The notes below the pieces were generated by a model. That model ran no database searches, was not told the origin of the DNA, and saw only the letters and a program-made list of their open reading frames with translations. Source: an uncultured Holophagales bacterium (lineage in GTDB: Bacteria; Acidobacteriota; Thermoanaerobaculia; Multivoradales; UBA5704). From it: a DNA stretch of 64,000 nucleotides. The DNA is taken from positions 208,675 through 272,674 of the forward strand of contig CAWJQA010000018.1 of the NCBI GenBank assembly GCA_963844885.1, written 5' to 3'. The position numbers and the translations under genes were made by a program. Shown here in pieces: positions 1-8,579 of the stretch. The first letter of the stretch is position 1, and each line of letters opens with the position of its first letter.

Positions 1-1
1 C

Positions 2-418
2 TCCTACGTGAGCCTGCAATCGGCCCTGGCCCACTACGGGCTGATCCCGGAGTCCGTGCCGGTGACCACGAGCGTCTCGGCGGACCGGCCATGCCGATGG
101 CAGACGCCGCTCGGAGCCTTCGAGTTTCGCCACATCCAGGGAGAGCTCCTCACAGGCTACCGCTGGACGGAGGTGGCGGAAGGGCAGTCCGCCGATGTAG
201 CGAGCCCCGAGAAAGCCCTGCTCGACCTGATCTATCTGGAGCCCGAAGCGGATTCGTCCCGGTACCTGGAGGGGCTGCGTTTGCAGCACCTGGAGATCCT
301 CGACATGGAAGAGCTGCGCCGTCTGGCCGTGCTCTCGGGCAAACCCAAGCTGAAGCGGGCCGCGGAGCGGATCGCCGATCTCGCGGAGACGGAAGCCGAG
401 GAGTACGAGGCCCTGTGA
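2..418 (+). CDS. AbiEi-family (type IV TA) antitoxin, C-terminal portion; 5' end lies outside the window
   Basis: The frame is open from the window edge (..SYVSLQS..). The translation SLQSALAHYGLIPESVP...EKALLDLIYLEP fits the conserved core I know from AbiEi antitoxins. Its TGA (416-418) overlaps the GTG (415) of the AbiEii-like gene downstream. Confidence 0.6.
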   Translation, partial: SYVSLQSALAHYGLIPESVPVTTSVSADRPCRWQTPLGAFEFRHIQGELLTGYRWTEVAEGQSADVASPEKALLDLIYLEPEADSSRYLEGLRLQHLEILDMEELRRLAVLSGKPKLKRAAERIADLAETEAEEYEAL

Positions 419-1218
419 AGGAGAGACTGAAAGACCTCATCCGCGCCGGCTCGGGCGCAACGGAGGCCCGGAACCGGGTCCGCGAATACCTCCAGGCGGA
501 GATCCTGGGCTCGCTCCAGCGCTCCGGCGCGATGGTCCCCCTCGCCTTCCAGGGAGGGACGGCCTTGCGCTTTCTCTATTCGATCCGCCGGTTCTCCGAG
601 GATCTCGACTTCGCCCTGGAGCGCCCGGACCGGGGATACGACTTCCGGAAGATCCTGAAGGCGGCCCAATCCGACCTGTCCCGGGAAGGGTACGAGACCG
701 AGGCACGGGTCAGCGATCAAAAGGTCGTCCACAGCGCCTTCCTGCGTTTCCCGGGCCTTTTGTCCGACCTCGGCCTGTCGCCGCATGCCAACGAGGTGCT
801 CTCGATCAAGCTGGAGGTGGACACCCGCCCTCCCGCCGGAGCGGTCTTGATGACCACACTTGTCCGCAGGCACCTCACCCTGCGCCTTCAGCATCACGAT
901 CCGGCATCCCTGCTGGCGGGAAAGCTCCACGCCATCCTGCAGCGCCCCTACCCGAAGGGGAGGGACATCTACGATCTGATCTGGTACCTCAGCGATCCGG
1001 GCTGGCCGCCGCCGAACTTGGCCCTGCTCAACAACGCCCTCACGCAGACCGGCTGGAAACAGGAGCCTCTGACGGCGGCCGACTGGCGAGGAGCGGTCAG
1101 GGATCGTCTGGAGGAGCTGGACTGGACGAGGATCGTCGCCGATGTCCGGCCGTTCCTGGAGTCCGCCGGGGACGTAGCGCTCCTGACGCGGGAGAGCCTC
1201 GACCTTCTTTTGCGCTGA
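415..1218 (+). CDS. AbiEii/AbiGii-family nucleotidyltransferase toxin (DUF1814)
   Basis: There is an in-frame GTG at 415 inside track ORF 91..1218. LAFQGGTALRFLYSIRRFSEDLDFAL is the hallmark motif of this family. The first 108 codons of the track ORF are Arg/Pro/Gly-rich shadow sequence overlapping the antitoxin. The GTGA overlap with the upstream gene is typical of TA pairs. Confidence 0.8.
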   Translation: MKERLKDLIRAGSGATEARNRVREYLQAEILGSLQRSGAMVPLAFQGGTALRFLYSIRRFSEDLDFALERPDRGYDFRKILKAAQSDLSREGYETEARVSDQKVVHSAFLRFPGLLSDLGLSPHANEVLSIKLEVDTRPPAGAVLMTTLVRRHLTLRLQHHDPASLLAGKLHAILQRPYPKGRDIYDLIWYLSDPGWPPPNLALLNNALTQTGWKQEPLTAADWRGAVRDRLEELDWTRIVADVRPFLESAGDVALLTRESLDLLLR

Positions 1219-1261
1219 GCGCGCCTGCCTTCGGCGAAGGCTGCCACTGCGGAGCAGATTC

Positions 1262-1555
1262 TCAAGCGAGAGAGGTTTCTTCAAGCAACCCTCTCAACTC
1301 GTCCGCGGAGACGGTCTTGAGCTTCCCCGAGCGCCTCAGCCGGCGATAGCGATCGTCCACGGCTTCCTGCAAAGCGGCGACCTGCTCTGGAGTCGCGCCA
1401 TATTCATGCTGGGCAAAGTCCTTAGACTCCACTTCCACCTTGCGCAGGGCGATGATGTTTGCCCCCAGGATGATGCCGATATCATCACCGCCGGCGGCAG
1501 CCGTCAGCCAGTGACTCAGGTTCTTCCGTGCCTCCGTGATGGTGAGAGTCTTCAT
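1262..1555 (-). CDS. Phd/YefM-like type II antitoxin, apparently orphan (no toxin ORF downstream)
   Basis: An internal ATG of track ORF 1262..2017 gives 97 aa. MKTLTITEARKNLSHWL... is a typical Phd/YefM N-terminus. The rest of the 251-aa track ORF is low-complexity. Only 43 nt separate its stop from the convergent AbiEii stop. Confidence 0.6.
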   Translation of the reverse strand: MKTLTITEARKNLSHWLTAAAGGDDIGIILGANIIALRKVEVESKDFAQHEYGATPEQVAALQEAVDDRYRRLRRSGKLKTVSADELRGLLEETSLA

Positions 1556-1934
1556 AGAGACGTTATACAGTCTCTCCCCGGGAGGATCAAGCCTCGGCAA
1601 GGGTGCAAGAAGCAACCCGGCTTCGTGCGCCCTGAAAGGGCACAGGCATAGAGCCTGGCGCTTCAGCGCCAGGTCAGAACGCCAAAAACCCACCCCGAGT
1701 CCCGAAAGGGACGCAGGCACGGTGAGCCCGTGGCCGAGAGGAAGGCCGCCGAGCATCGGGGAATCGGCCGCATATCTCTCTTCCGCGACAAGAGACACGC
1801 CTTTCCGAAAGCCCGGATCACCCATTTGGGCGGACGGCGGCGGCCTTGGGCTCGGCGGCCGGCTGTCCTTCTCAGCCTTCAAGGGACCACGCAATCGGGG
1901 CTCCCAGATCGCCAAACCCCCGCCGTTCCTCGTT

Positions 1935-2372
1935 TTGAGCCTCTCGATGAGGGCGACGAGCCTCTCGTCGGACTTCACGAGCCTCTCGACGACTTGGACG
2001 AGCCTCTCATCGAACATTTCGAGCCACTCATTGAGGTCGACGAACCGCTCATCGACCTTGACGAGGCTCTCGTCGACTTCGACGAGCCTCCCATCGACCT
2101 CACGAGCCTCTCGTCAAGCTCGTTGAGCCTCTCGTCAAGCTCGTTGAGCCTCTCGTCAAGCTCGTTGAGCCTCTCGGCGAGCTCGACGAGGGCCTCATCG
2201 ACTTCATCGAGCCGCTCATCGAGGTCGACGAGCCTCTCGTCAAGGTCGACGAGGCTCTCCTCAGACTCGTCGAGGGTCTCGTCGGCCTCACGAACCGCTC
2301 GTCGAGCTCGACGAGCCTCTCATTGAGGACGTTGAGAGCCTCGTCAGACTCGTCGAGCCTCTCGTGAGCCAC
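1935..2372 (-). repeat. Degenerate 21-nt (heptad) tandem repeat region encoding an ERL-type coiled coil on the minus strand, broken by two 1-nt frame changes
   Basis: The motif gagcctctc(g/a)tc recurs about every 21 nt. There are three perfect 21-nt copies at 2104-2166. Minus-strand reading gives ..NELDERLNELDERLNELDERL.. Three track ORFs (2100..2372, the middle frame, and the N-terminus of 1262..2017) join if one nt is restored at ~2288 and one at ~2100. Confidence 0.65.
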
Positions 2373-2520
2373 CCTTCAAGGCCTCTCGAGGCGGCCGCGA
2401 AGGGCGACAGTCTGATTCCTTCTCTACGCGCCTGTCAATGGACCTCGGCGCGACTCGATTGCAGGCTGATCGAGGCTGGATGGCTCTGTTTGAGAGCCGA
2501 GATTGCCGTCAAGCTGCTCT

Positions 2521-2604
2521 TGGCGCTCCTTGAAGCGTCCGTCGCTCGACATCCACTTCGACATGGACGGAGTCCTGATCGACTCCAAACTGCTGCGGCC
2601 CTAG
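2521..2604 (+). pseudogene. Possible remnant of a HAD-superfamily hydrolase N-terminus
   Basis: The frame starting at 2521 reads WRSLKRPSLDIHFDMDGVLIDSKLLRP-stop. FDMDGVLIDS is the HAD motif I (DxDGvLxDS). There is no continuation downstream. This is a short match only. Confidence 0.3.
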
Positions 2605-2793
2605 GCCGAGATCGCCGATTTCGTCGAGTCCGGCCTGATCCTGGCCGCGGAGGGCTGGCTCCCGCACCACCGGTCTCCGCATCGATCGACACCTCCTGAA
2701 GAGCGCTTCGCGAGAGAGCTTGACGGCGGTCTATCGTGGTGAATCGCATAGACCGGGTTACACAAAAGGCGGCGGTTCGGGTCTCTATAGAGT

Positions 2794-4902
2794 ATGATTC
2801 CCGCCTCCAACGCCGGAGAGAGTCCTAGGCCGCCTGGGCGCAGCCTCGACCCCTTCGTCTTCCCATCCGAAACTCGTGGCCGGTTTTGGATGCTCGTGGT
2901 CGCAGCTCTGCTCATAGGCGTCAGTCTCACGCTTGTCTTGATGACAGGAATCTTCAGAACGACCTATGTGAACGACATGACAAGCTTTTCTGATCGCACG
3001 GCCGAAGTCATGGGGCACCGCGATCCGCGCGACCTCAGCCCTGATGAGCTCTTGACCGTGAGCAAGCAATTGCCCCGCCTTAATTGGGAAATGCTGCTCA
3101 AACGTATTCCACGGCTGATCATGCTCATCTTATCCGGTCTGTTCATCCCGGCCGTTGCGGCAGTGCTCTACATTCGCCATCCCCGTCGGATCAGGCGGCG
3201 TTATGAGAGCCGGACGCTGACCGCCTGGGAGGCTCCCACCGTCGTATCCTTCCTGCAGAGTTGCACCTCGGCCCTTCGTTTGCCTCCTCTGCGCCTGGAA
3301 GTCGCGGAGGCGAGGTCCAAGCTCGCCATGCCACAGACCTTCGGACGTCCAGGGAAAGAAGTATTGCTCCTGCATGGCGCCCCCGGTTTTCTGGAAGATA
3401 CATGGGGTGATACGGCCAAGACTGTCGTGCTCCACGAAGTTGGCCATATCGTCAATGGAGATGCCCAGGATCGTGAAAAGAGCCGAGCGCTCTGGATCGG
3501 CCTCGTAGCTTTTCTCGGCCTCACGTTCTGCGTGCTGTGGGGCTTTGCCCTGCTGGGAGTTTCTCTCGCGCGAGGCGCAGAGCAGGCAAGCATGACCTTT
3601 GCTGCCGCGAGTCTGGCTATCCTGAGGGCCACCGGCCTCTTCACGCCAATGTTGCTGCTTGTCTGGTTTATCTGGCTCGGGCTGGTCCGCATCCGCGAAT
3701 TCTATGCTGACTACCGGGTGGCGCTTTGGGGGCGTGGCGAATCATTGAGAAAACTGTTGAGAATGCAAGAGTCAAAGAGTCGCTGGTGGGAACGCTCCAA
3801 GTGGTGGGGAATGGTCTGGGAGCAATGGGGGCAACACAAGTGGTGGACATTGTGCGCCGGAGCGCTGGAACGGGCAGCAGAGCGGATCGAACCGATCTGG
3901 AGGAGCCATCCATCCTATCGATTGCGTCGATTGGTTTTGGCAGACCCTACTCAGCTTTTTCGGGTCCCGTCCGACCTGGCCCTCGTGACAGGATTCCTTC
4001 TGTCTCTCCTTATCACCAATTTGATCGCTCCAGCGATAGAGCTGGCGTCTCTACTGAACCTATTGACCGAAACATTCTTCTGGTGGATCGCAGGCCCACT
4101 TCTCGCCGCTCTGTCCTCTCCCTGGAAAGAATTGACTCTGATCCTGGGTAGAGTCATCGTCGTTGTGGGACCATTCCTGGTTTTCTGTTCCCTGCTACTG
4201 GGAATACCCGCGTATCTGGTCGCTCGTGCCATCGGCGTACAGGTGCAGCGAGAAGCCGTGGCCGATTTGGCAGAAGGAAATCGATGGGGATACCTGCGTT
4301 CGCTACGGCCGGCCATCCTTATGGCCTTAGGGGTTGAGGGGGGCTTCCTGCTCACACCGACCGGCGCGGTATTGGGGGGGCTCCATCTCGACGCAGGTAT
4401 GCGGCTGTCCTGGATCGCCGGCATGACTTTCCTTACCTGGCTGTGGCTGGCCTACATGCGGGCGCTGACTCGCTTCACCTTGGGAGTTCATGTCGGGCCC
4501 AGTTTTCCCGGCAAGCTGAGTCGCTTTGTCAATGCCTCGGCAGTAGCGCTGCTCATTGTTCTTTTCTGGCCTGCCGCGTTCACGCGCATGGCTTTTATTT
4601 TGAATTACCGGGAAATGCCTCGATGGGGCATACCGGAGAACGTCACCAACCAAGAATTTATCAATTATATCCATGTGACGGGAATCATGCTTGCGGCTTT
4701 CGCAGTCGCCGCATACGTCTTCTGGACGGGGGGCTGCCTGTTTTTCTGCGCTGCGCGGCTATGGCACATGAAAATCCGTTGCCATTCCTGTGGCGATCCG
4801 TTACCTCGCGGGTTTGCGGTCGGCCGCTCCTGTGCTTCCTGCGGAGAACCGCTCGCTGCCTGGATCTACAATCGACCTGATCCCACTGCGGATCTTTCCT
4901 GA
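2794..4902 (+). CDS. Polytopic M48-family (HtpX/Ste24-like) zinc metalloprotease with C-terminal CxxC..CxxC zinc ribbon (paralogue 1 of 3)
   Basis: 702-aa ORF. It carries HEVGH (HExxH) followed by REFYADYR (the M48 sRxxExxAD-type motif), many hydrophobic segments, and the C-terminus CHSCGDPLPRGFAVGRSCASCGEPLAAW. The N-terminal LDPFVFPSET motif is shared with the genes at 44215 and 46836. Confidence 0.8.
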   Translation: MIPASNAGESPRPPGRSLDPFVFPSETRGRFWMLVVAALLIGVSLTLVLMTGIFRTTYVNDMTSFSDRTAEVMGHRDPRDLSPDELLTVSKQLPRLNWEMLLKRIPRLIMLILSGLFIPAVAAVLYIRHPRRIRRRYESRTLTAWEAPTVVSFLQSCTSALRLPPLRLEVAEARSKLAMPQTFGRPGKEVLLLHGAPGFLEDTWGDTAKTVVLHEVGHIVNGDAQDREKSRALWIGLVAFLGLTFCVLWGFALLGVSLARGAEQASMTFAAASLAILRATGLFTPMLLLVWFIWLGLVRIREFYADYRVALWGRGESLRKLLRMQESKSRWWERSKWWGMVWEQWGQHKWWTLCAGALERAAERIEPIWRSHPSYRLRRLVLADPTQLFRVPSDLALVTGFLLSLLITNLIAPAIELASLLNLLTETFFWWIAGPLLAALSSPWKELTLILGRVIVVVGPFLVFCSLLLGIPAYLVARAIGVQVQREAVADLAEGNRWGYLRSLRPAILMALGVEGGFLLTPTGAVLGGLHLDAGMRLSWIAGMTFLTWLWLAYMRALTRFTLGVHVGPSFPGKLSRFVNASAVALLIVLFWPAAFTRMAFILNYREMPRWGIPENVTNQEFINYIHVTGIMLAAFAVAAYVFWTGGCLFFCAARLWHMKIRCHSCGDPLPRGFAVGRSCASCGEPLAAWIYNRPDPTADLS

Positions 4903-4912
4903 ACAGCGCGCC

Positions 4913-6274
4913 ATGAGCACCACAAAACTGATTGCGTTTCTTCTGGCGCTGACCAGCCTGGCAGGGATGCTGTTTGTCGCTTTCGCATCGGCCGCCATGC
5001 CCATTGTGCTCCGCGACCAGATCTCCGCGCCCCCTCCTCTGGACAAGGCGAGCCCTGGATGCATCGCCTTGTTCGCATTTGTCGCCTGGACCCCCTTGGT
5101 GGCAATACCCGGACTTGTGGGATTCGGTCTCTGGTTTTTTGCTATCCGCAAGCAGGAGGCTGCGGTAGAGCGAGAAGCCGCGACGTTTCCCGAAAAGGAA
5201 ATCGCATTCCAGGCCCGCCTCGACGGCCTCTCCCGACGGTTGCTGGAATGTGGAGGCGATGGCACCGCGCTTGCGCCTGAGATTCCCGTCTGGATACGGG
5301 ATCTCGACGATCTGCAGCAAAGCCGACTGCTCAGCGTGCTTGCCGAAACCAGTCTCAGCACGGCCAACGGGAACGTCGGTTTTCTTTCGAGCCCTGGAAT
5401 CGAGGCGGAAAGAAGTGCGCCGGGTTGTGCTAAGGCCCTCGGCATGGGATTGTTCGTTTTTGCCGGATTCTGTTGGCTCTGGGCCGCGCTCGCGATGTTT
5501 GTGCAGCTCAAAACCTCCCTGGCATCTGTACAAGGTATCGCGCCTAGCCCTGCGACTGCGGTCTACGGAACCTTCGGCTGTTTTGCTCCGGGCTTGGCGG
5601 CGATGATCGGCGGGATCGTGCTCCGTCGGCTGCTCCGGCGAGAAACGGAACGACAAAAACGACGCGAAGCCTTTCGCAATCATGCCCGCGAGATCATGCT
5701 GGAGAGATGTCTTGGTCGCCTGGCACGGCTTTTTTCACATGACAAGGATTCCGCTGCGGCCGAGGAGACTGCAGTCTCCCGGATAGCCCGGGCGGACGTA
5801 GTCTGCACTCTTGCGCAACTGGACGGGCCAGGAAAAGGGCGACTGATCGCCGGGCTTCATGCCGGCGGCTCTCCCTTCCCTTTCTCGCTCGGGCGGGTCG
5901 ACCTGCGGGGCGCCGTCTTCGTGGATGCCGATCTTTCGGGAGCGGATCTCGCCGGCGCAAATCTCTCCGGTTCCCATCTGAGTGGGACCTGCCTGGTCCG
6001 TGCAAACCTTCGCGGCAGTTGTCTCATCGGTGCCGACCTGAGGCGTACCGATGCCACGGAAGCCGTTTTCAGGCAGGCCGACCTCCGGAAGGCTCGGCTG
6101 CATCGGTGCATCCTGCGGCGGGCCGATCTGAGCGGAGCCGACCTGGAAGGAGCGAACCTCTGGCAGGCCGATCTCTCCGGGGCTGATCTCTCCGATGCGC
6201 GTGTGAACGACGCGCAACTACGAGGATCACGAACCGGACTGCTTCCGGATCCCCACGAGGAGGCATTGCCGTGA
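4913..6274 (+). CDS. Membrane protein with C-terminal pentapeptide-repeat domain
   Basis: Internal ATG at 4913 (MSTTKLIAFLLALTSLAG..), 10 nt after the upstream stop. There are several TM-like segments. The C-terminus is ADLSGADLAGANLSGSHLSGTCLVRANLRGSCLIGADLRRTD...ADLSGADLEGANLWQADLSGADLSDARV, which is the classic A(D/N)LxG pentapeptide repeat. Confidence 0.8.
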   Translation: MSTTKLIAFLLALTSLAGMLFVAFASAAMPIVLRDQISAPPPLDKASPGCIALFAFVAWTPLVAIPGLVGFGLWFFAIRKQEAAVEREAATFPEKEIAFQARLDGLSRRLLECGGDGTALAPEIPVWIRDLDDLQQSRLLSVLAETSLSTANGNVGFLSSPGIEAERSAPGCAKALGMGLFVFAGFCWLWAALAMFVQLKTSLASVQGIAPSPATAVYGTFGCFAPGLAAMIGGIVLRRLLRRETERQKRREAFRNHAREIMLERCLGRLARLFSHDKDSAAAEETAVSRIARADVVCTLAQLDGPGKGRLIAGLHAGGSPFPFSLGRVDLRGAVFVDADLSGADLAGANLSGSHLSGTCLVRANLRGSCLIGADLRRTDATEAVFRQADLRKARLHRCILRRADLSGADLEGANLWQADLSGADLSDARVNDAQLRGSRTGLLPDPHEEALP

Positions 6275-6549
6275 AGCCAGCCAGTCGAAATCTCTGGCTT
6301 GAGCTCGCTGCGCTCTGTCTGTTCCTCTTTAGCCTCGTTCTGTTCTTGCTCACAATGTTTTCCGTAGCGACCTTTTTCATGAGCGGTCTTTTGCCCGACG
6401 AGTCGTCGTCGGCGGGAGTCAAGGTGGTGGTCAGCATCGAGGAGGTGCTGGTGGCAGCTCTATCCACCCTTGTTCCCGGCCTGGCCCTGGTCGCGACGGC
6501 CTGGGGACTGCGCTCGCTCCTGGTCGACGAAAAGGAGCCCGACGCATGA
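6271..6549 (+). CDS. Small hypothetical membrane protein (about 3 TM segments)
   Basis: 92-aa ORF with a GTG start overlapping the upstream TGA. Its stop overlaps the next ATG. It has hydrophobic stretches LWLELAALCLFLFSLVLFLL and LVPGLALVATAW. Confidence 0.5.
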   Translation: MKPASRNLWLELAALCLFLFSLVLFLLTMFSVATFFMSGLLPDESSSAGVKVVVSIEEVLVAALSTLVPGLALVATAWGLRSLLVDEKEPDA

Positions 6550-8510
6550 ACGCGGCCGAGTTTCTTGCCGCTCCCTCCCATCTGAGAGCCCTCCGCGATG
6601 CCGTGCTCGCTGTCCAGCGCGAGGTGGCTCCCGAGGAGTGGGAGGTGACGACTGACTACGTAGGGCCGCTAATCGAGTTGGCTGCCCGCGACGAGTTGCC
6701 GACCACCGATACATCTGACGACGCGGGAGGTTTCGGCGCCGCAGACTGGATGCTTCTACCCATCATCTTTATGGTCATGGGCGTCCTGCAGGCTCGCCTG
6801 GAAACCGGAGACACCCGAGACATCACAGAGGCGGAGGTTCGTGGACTGGTGCGCCACAGTGGCTCGCTGCCGGCACGGAAGCTTGTCTCCGAGCTCACGA
6901 GGTCGCTTCAGAAAGCCTTTTCCCAGCACCTGGAAGCCTTCCTCGCGCCCGCTCCGAAGGGAGCCCGGGAAGAGCGCCATACGGACATTTCCTGCCCGCG
7001 CCAGGTCTGGAAAGAGACGCCGAGGTTCAACCTCGTCGTGCGCCTGACCTTGCGGCCGACTCCGTGGAGCGTCGCCCACCGGGCTCTGGACGTCAAAGCC
7101 AGCCAAACGATTCTCGTCTCACTGCAAGCGTCTGCGTTCGACATGCTGACCGCGGCATGCCAGGAAGTATTCCTCCCGCCGGGGCAGGATAGCGCGCCGA
7201 TCGTCTTCGATCTTCGTCCTCGCGAAGCGGGGCCTCAGCGCTTGATTCTGGATTTCTTCCAGGCTTCCCATCCTCTGGGGGCGGTCACCGTGCCCGTGGA
7301 GGTGACCGAGCAGCCTGTCCCGGAATCGCAGATCCAGGTGGCGTCATCTGCCTTCTCCCTCGAATTGGAGATTCCTCCGCCGGATCGGCTCCTGCTGATC
7401 TCCTGGGCCCCAGAGCGGTCGAGTCTGGCCATGAGCCTGATCGCAGGGGGCTCGCTCCAAAACTTCCCTCCTTGGCGGTCGGAGCGCGACCCTGCGCTCA
7501 TGGCCACCCATCTTTTCAATGATTTGAATGCCCTGACCGATGGCTGGGATCCGACGGCTCAGGCCATACGGGGGCAGCAGCGCAGCCTGTCCGCGCAGGC
7601 CATCGACGAAGAGCTGAAGGTAATCGGCCAGAACCTTTGGAGAATTCTGCCCGAGGGATTCCGTAGCCTCTACTCCCGGGAGAAGGAGCGTTGGCGGAAC
7701 AGCAGTCTGCTTATCTACTCCGACGAGCCTCACCTGCCCTGGGAGTTGGTCTGGCCGTACGGAGAGGGGTGGGAAGACGAGGGACCCTGGTGCTCGACGT
7801 TGTGTCTGAGCCGTTGGCTGCGCCAGGATGAGCTGGGGAGTGGCAACGCCGGTCCCCCTGGCCGTCTTCCTCTGACAGCTCTGGCCTGCATCGCCTCCAC
7901 GGACTTGGAGGCCGCTCAGCGGGAGAAGGCTTTCCTGCACGGCTTGCTCGAGCAGCGAGGGGTGCGGGATGTCAGTCCGTCCACTCCTACCCGCGAGGCG
8001 GTGCTGGGTCTGCTGAAATCGGAACCCTGCGACTGGATGCACGTGGCCGCGCATGGCAATTTTCACGCCGATGCCCCTGAGGAGCACTCCGCGCTCTGGT
8101 TGGACGGTCAAGCGATCCTCACCCCCCGGCACATCGTCGGCCCGGCGATCGAAGACCATCTGAGGCAGGCACGCCCGGTGTTTTTCTTCAACGCCTGCCA
8201 CGCCGGCCGTCTCGGTTGGAGTCTCACCCGGATCGGAGGCTGGGCGCAACGCCTGGTCTCCTGCGGCGCGGGCATGTTTCTCGGCCCCCTCTGGGCGGTG
8301 GAGGATGAAAGCGCCTTCCGGGTTGCACAGAGCTTCTACAGGCTCCTGCTCGAAGGGATGACCGTCGCCGAAGCGGCCCGGGAGACCCGCCGGACCGCTC
8401 GCGAGGCCGGGAGCCCGACCTGGCTCGCCTACAGCCTGTATGCCCACCCGAACGCGAAGGTTCTCCTGGTCGCTCCCGAGAACAAGGCTCCTGAGGTTCC
8501 AGGAGCCTAA
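6546..8510 (+). CDS. CHAT-domain (caspase-fold) protease, long form
   Basis: 654 aa. The C-terminal region has DWMHVAAHGNFH (catalytic-His context) and PVFFFNACHAGRLG (catalytic-Cys context) with the spacing typical of CHAT domains. The ATGA overlap couples it to the upstream gene. Confidence 0.8.
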   Translation: MNAAEFLAAPSHLRALRDAVLAVQREVAPEEWEVTTDYVGPLIELAARDELPTTDTSDDAGGFGAADWMLLPIIFMVMGVLQARLETGDTRDITEAEVRGLVRHSGSLPARKLVSELTRSLQKAFSQHLEAFLAPAPKGAREERHTDISCPRQVWKETPRFNLVVRLTLRPTPWSVAHRALDVKASQTILVSLQASAFDMLTAACQEVFLPPGQDSAPIVFDLRPREAGPQRLILDFFQASHPLGAVTVPVEVTEQPVPESQIQVASSAFSLELEIPPPDRLLLISWAPERSSLAMSLIAGGSLQNFPPWRSERDPALMATHLFNDLNALTDGWDPTAQAIRGQQRSLSAQAIDEELKVIGQNLWRILPEGFRSLYSREKERWRNSSLLIYSDEPHLPWELVWPYGEGWEDEGPWCSTLCLSRWLRQDELGSGNAGPPGRLPLTALACIASTDLEAAQREKAFLHGLLEQRGVRDVSPSTPTREAVLGLLKSEPCDWMHVAAHGNFHADAPEEHSALWLDGQAILTPRHIVGPAIEDHLRQARPVFFFNACHAGRLGWSLTRIGGWAQRLVSCGAGMFLGPLWAVEDESAFRVAQSFYRLLLEGMTVAEAARETRRTAREAGSPTWLAYSLYAHPNAKVLLVAPENKAPEVPGA

Positions 8511-8579
8511 CCAACTTCCCGGCTTTGGGGTCTCTATCGGGTGTCGACGCTCGTCCTGGGATGAGAGGAGGACTTTTCG

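Noticed and set aside
1695-1735. Resemblance of cccGAAAGGGACGCAGGCACGG to the GAAA...GGGACGCAAAGCC core of c-di-GMP-I (GEMM) riboswitches.
   Set aside because: Here GGGAC simply pairs with the preceding GTCCC to form a small hairpin. The flanking conserved GEMM elements (GCAAAC, the tetraloop receptor helix, GGGUUACC) are absent.
1262-2017. The 251-aa track ORF taken as one protein (heptad repeat fused to a Phd-like domain).
   Set aside because: The Phd-like domain has its own ATG at 1555 and a typical antitoxin N-terminus. The ~125 codons linking it to the repeat are low-complexity and hairpin-rich. In-frame continuity is plausible by chance in high-GC DNA.
2364-2790. ORFs 2364..2699 (+), 2435..2749 (-) and 2601..2930 (-) as genes.
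   Set aside because: They have no motifs and low-complexity translations. The region is better explained as non-coding or decayed DNA containing a short HAD-motif remnant.
5711-5730. The sigma-54 promoter-like string TGGCACGGCTTTTTTCA. Other TGGCAC occurrences lie at ~4771, ~19607, ~62509 and ~63245.
   Set aside because: All lie inside coding regions, lack the TTGC(A/T) -12 element at the correct spacing, and have no downstream gene start.
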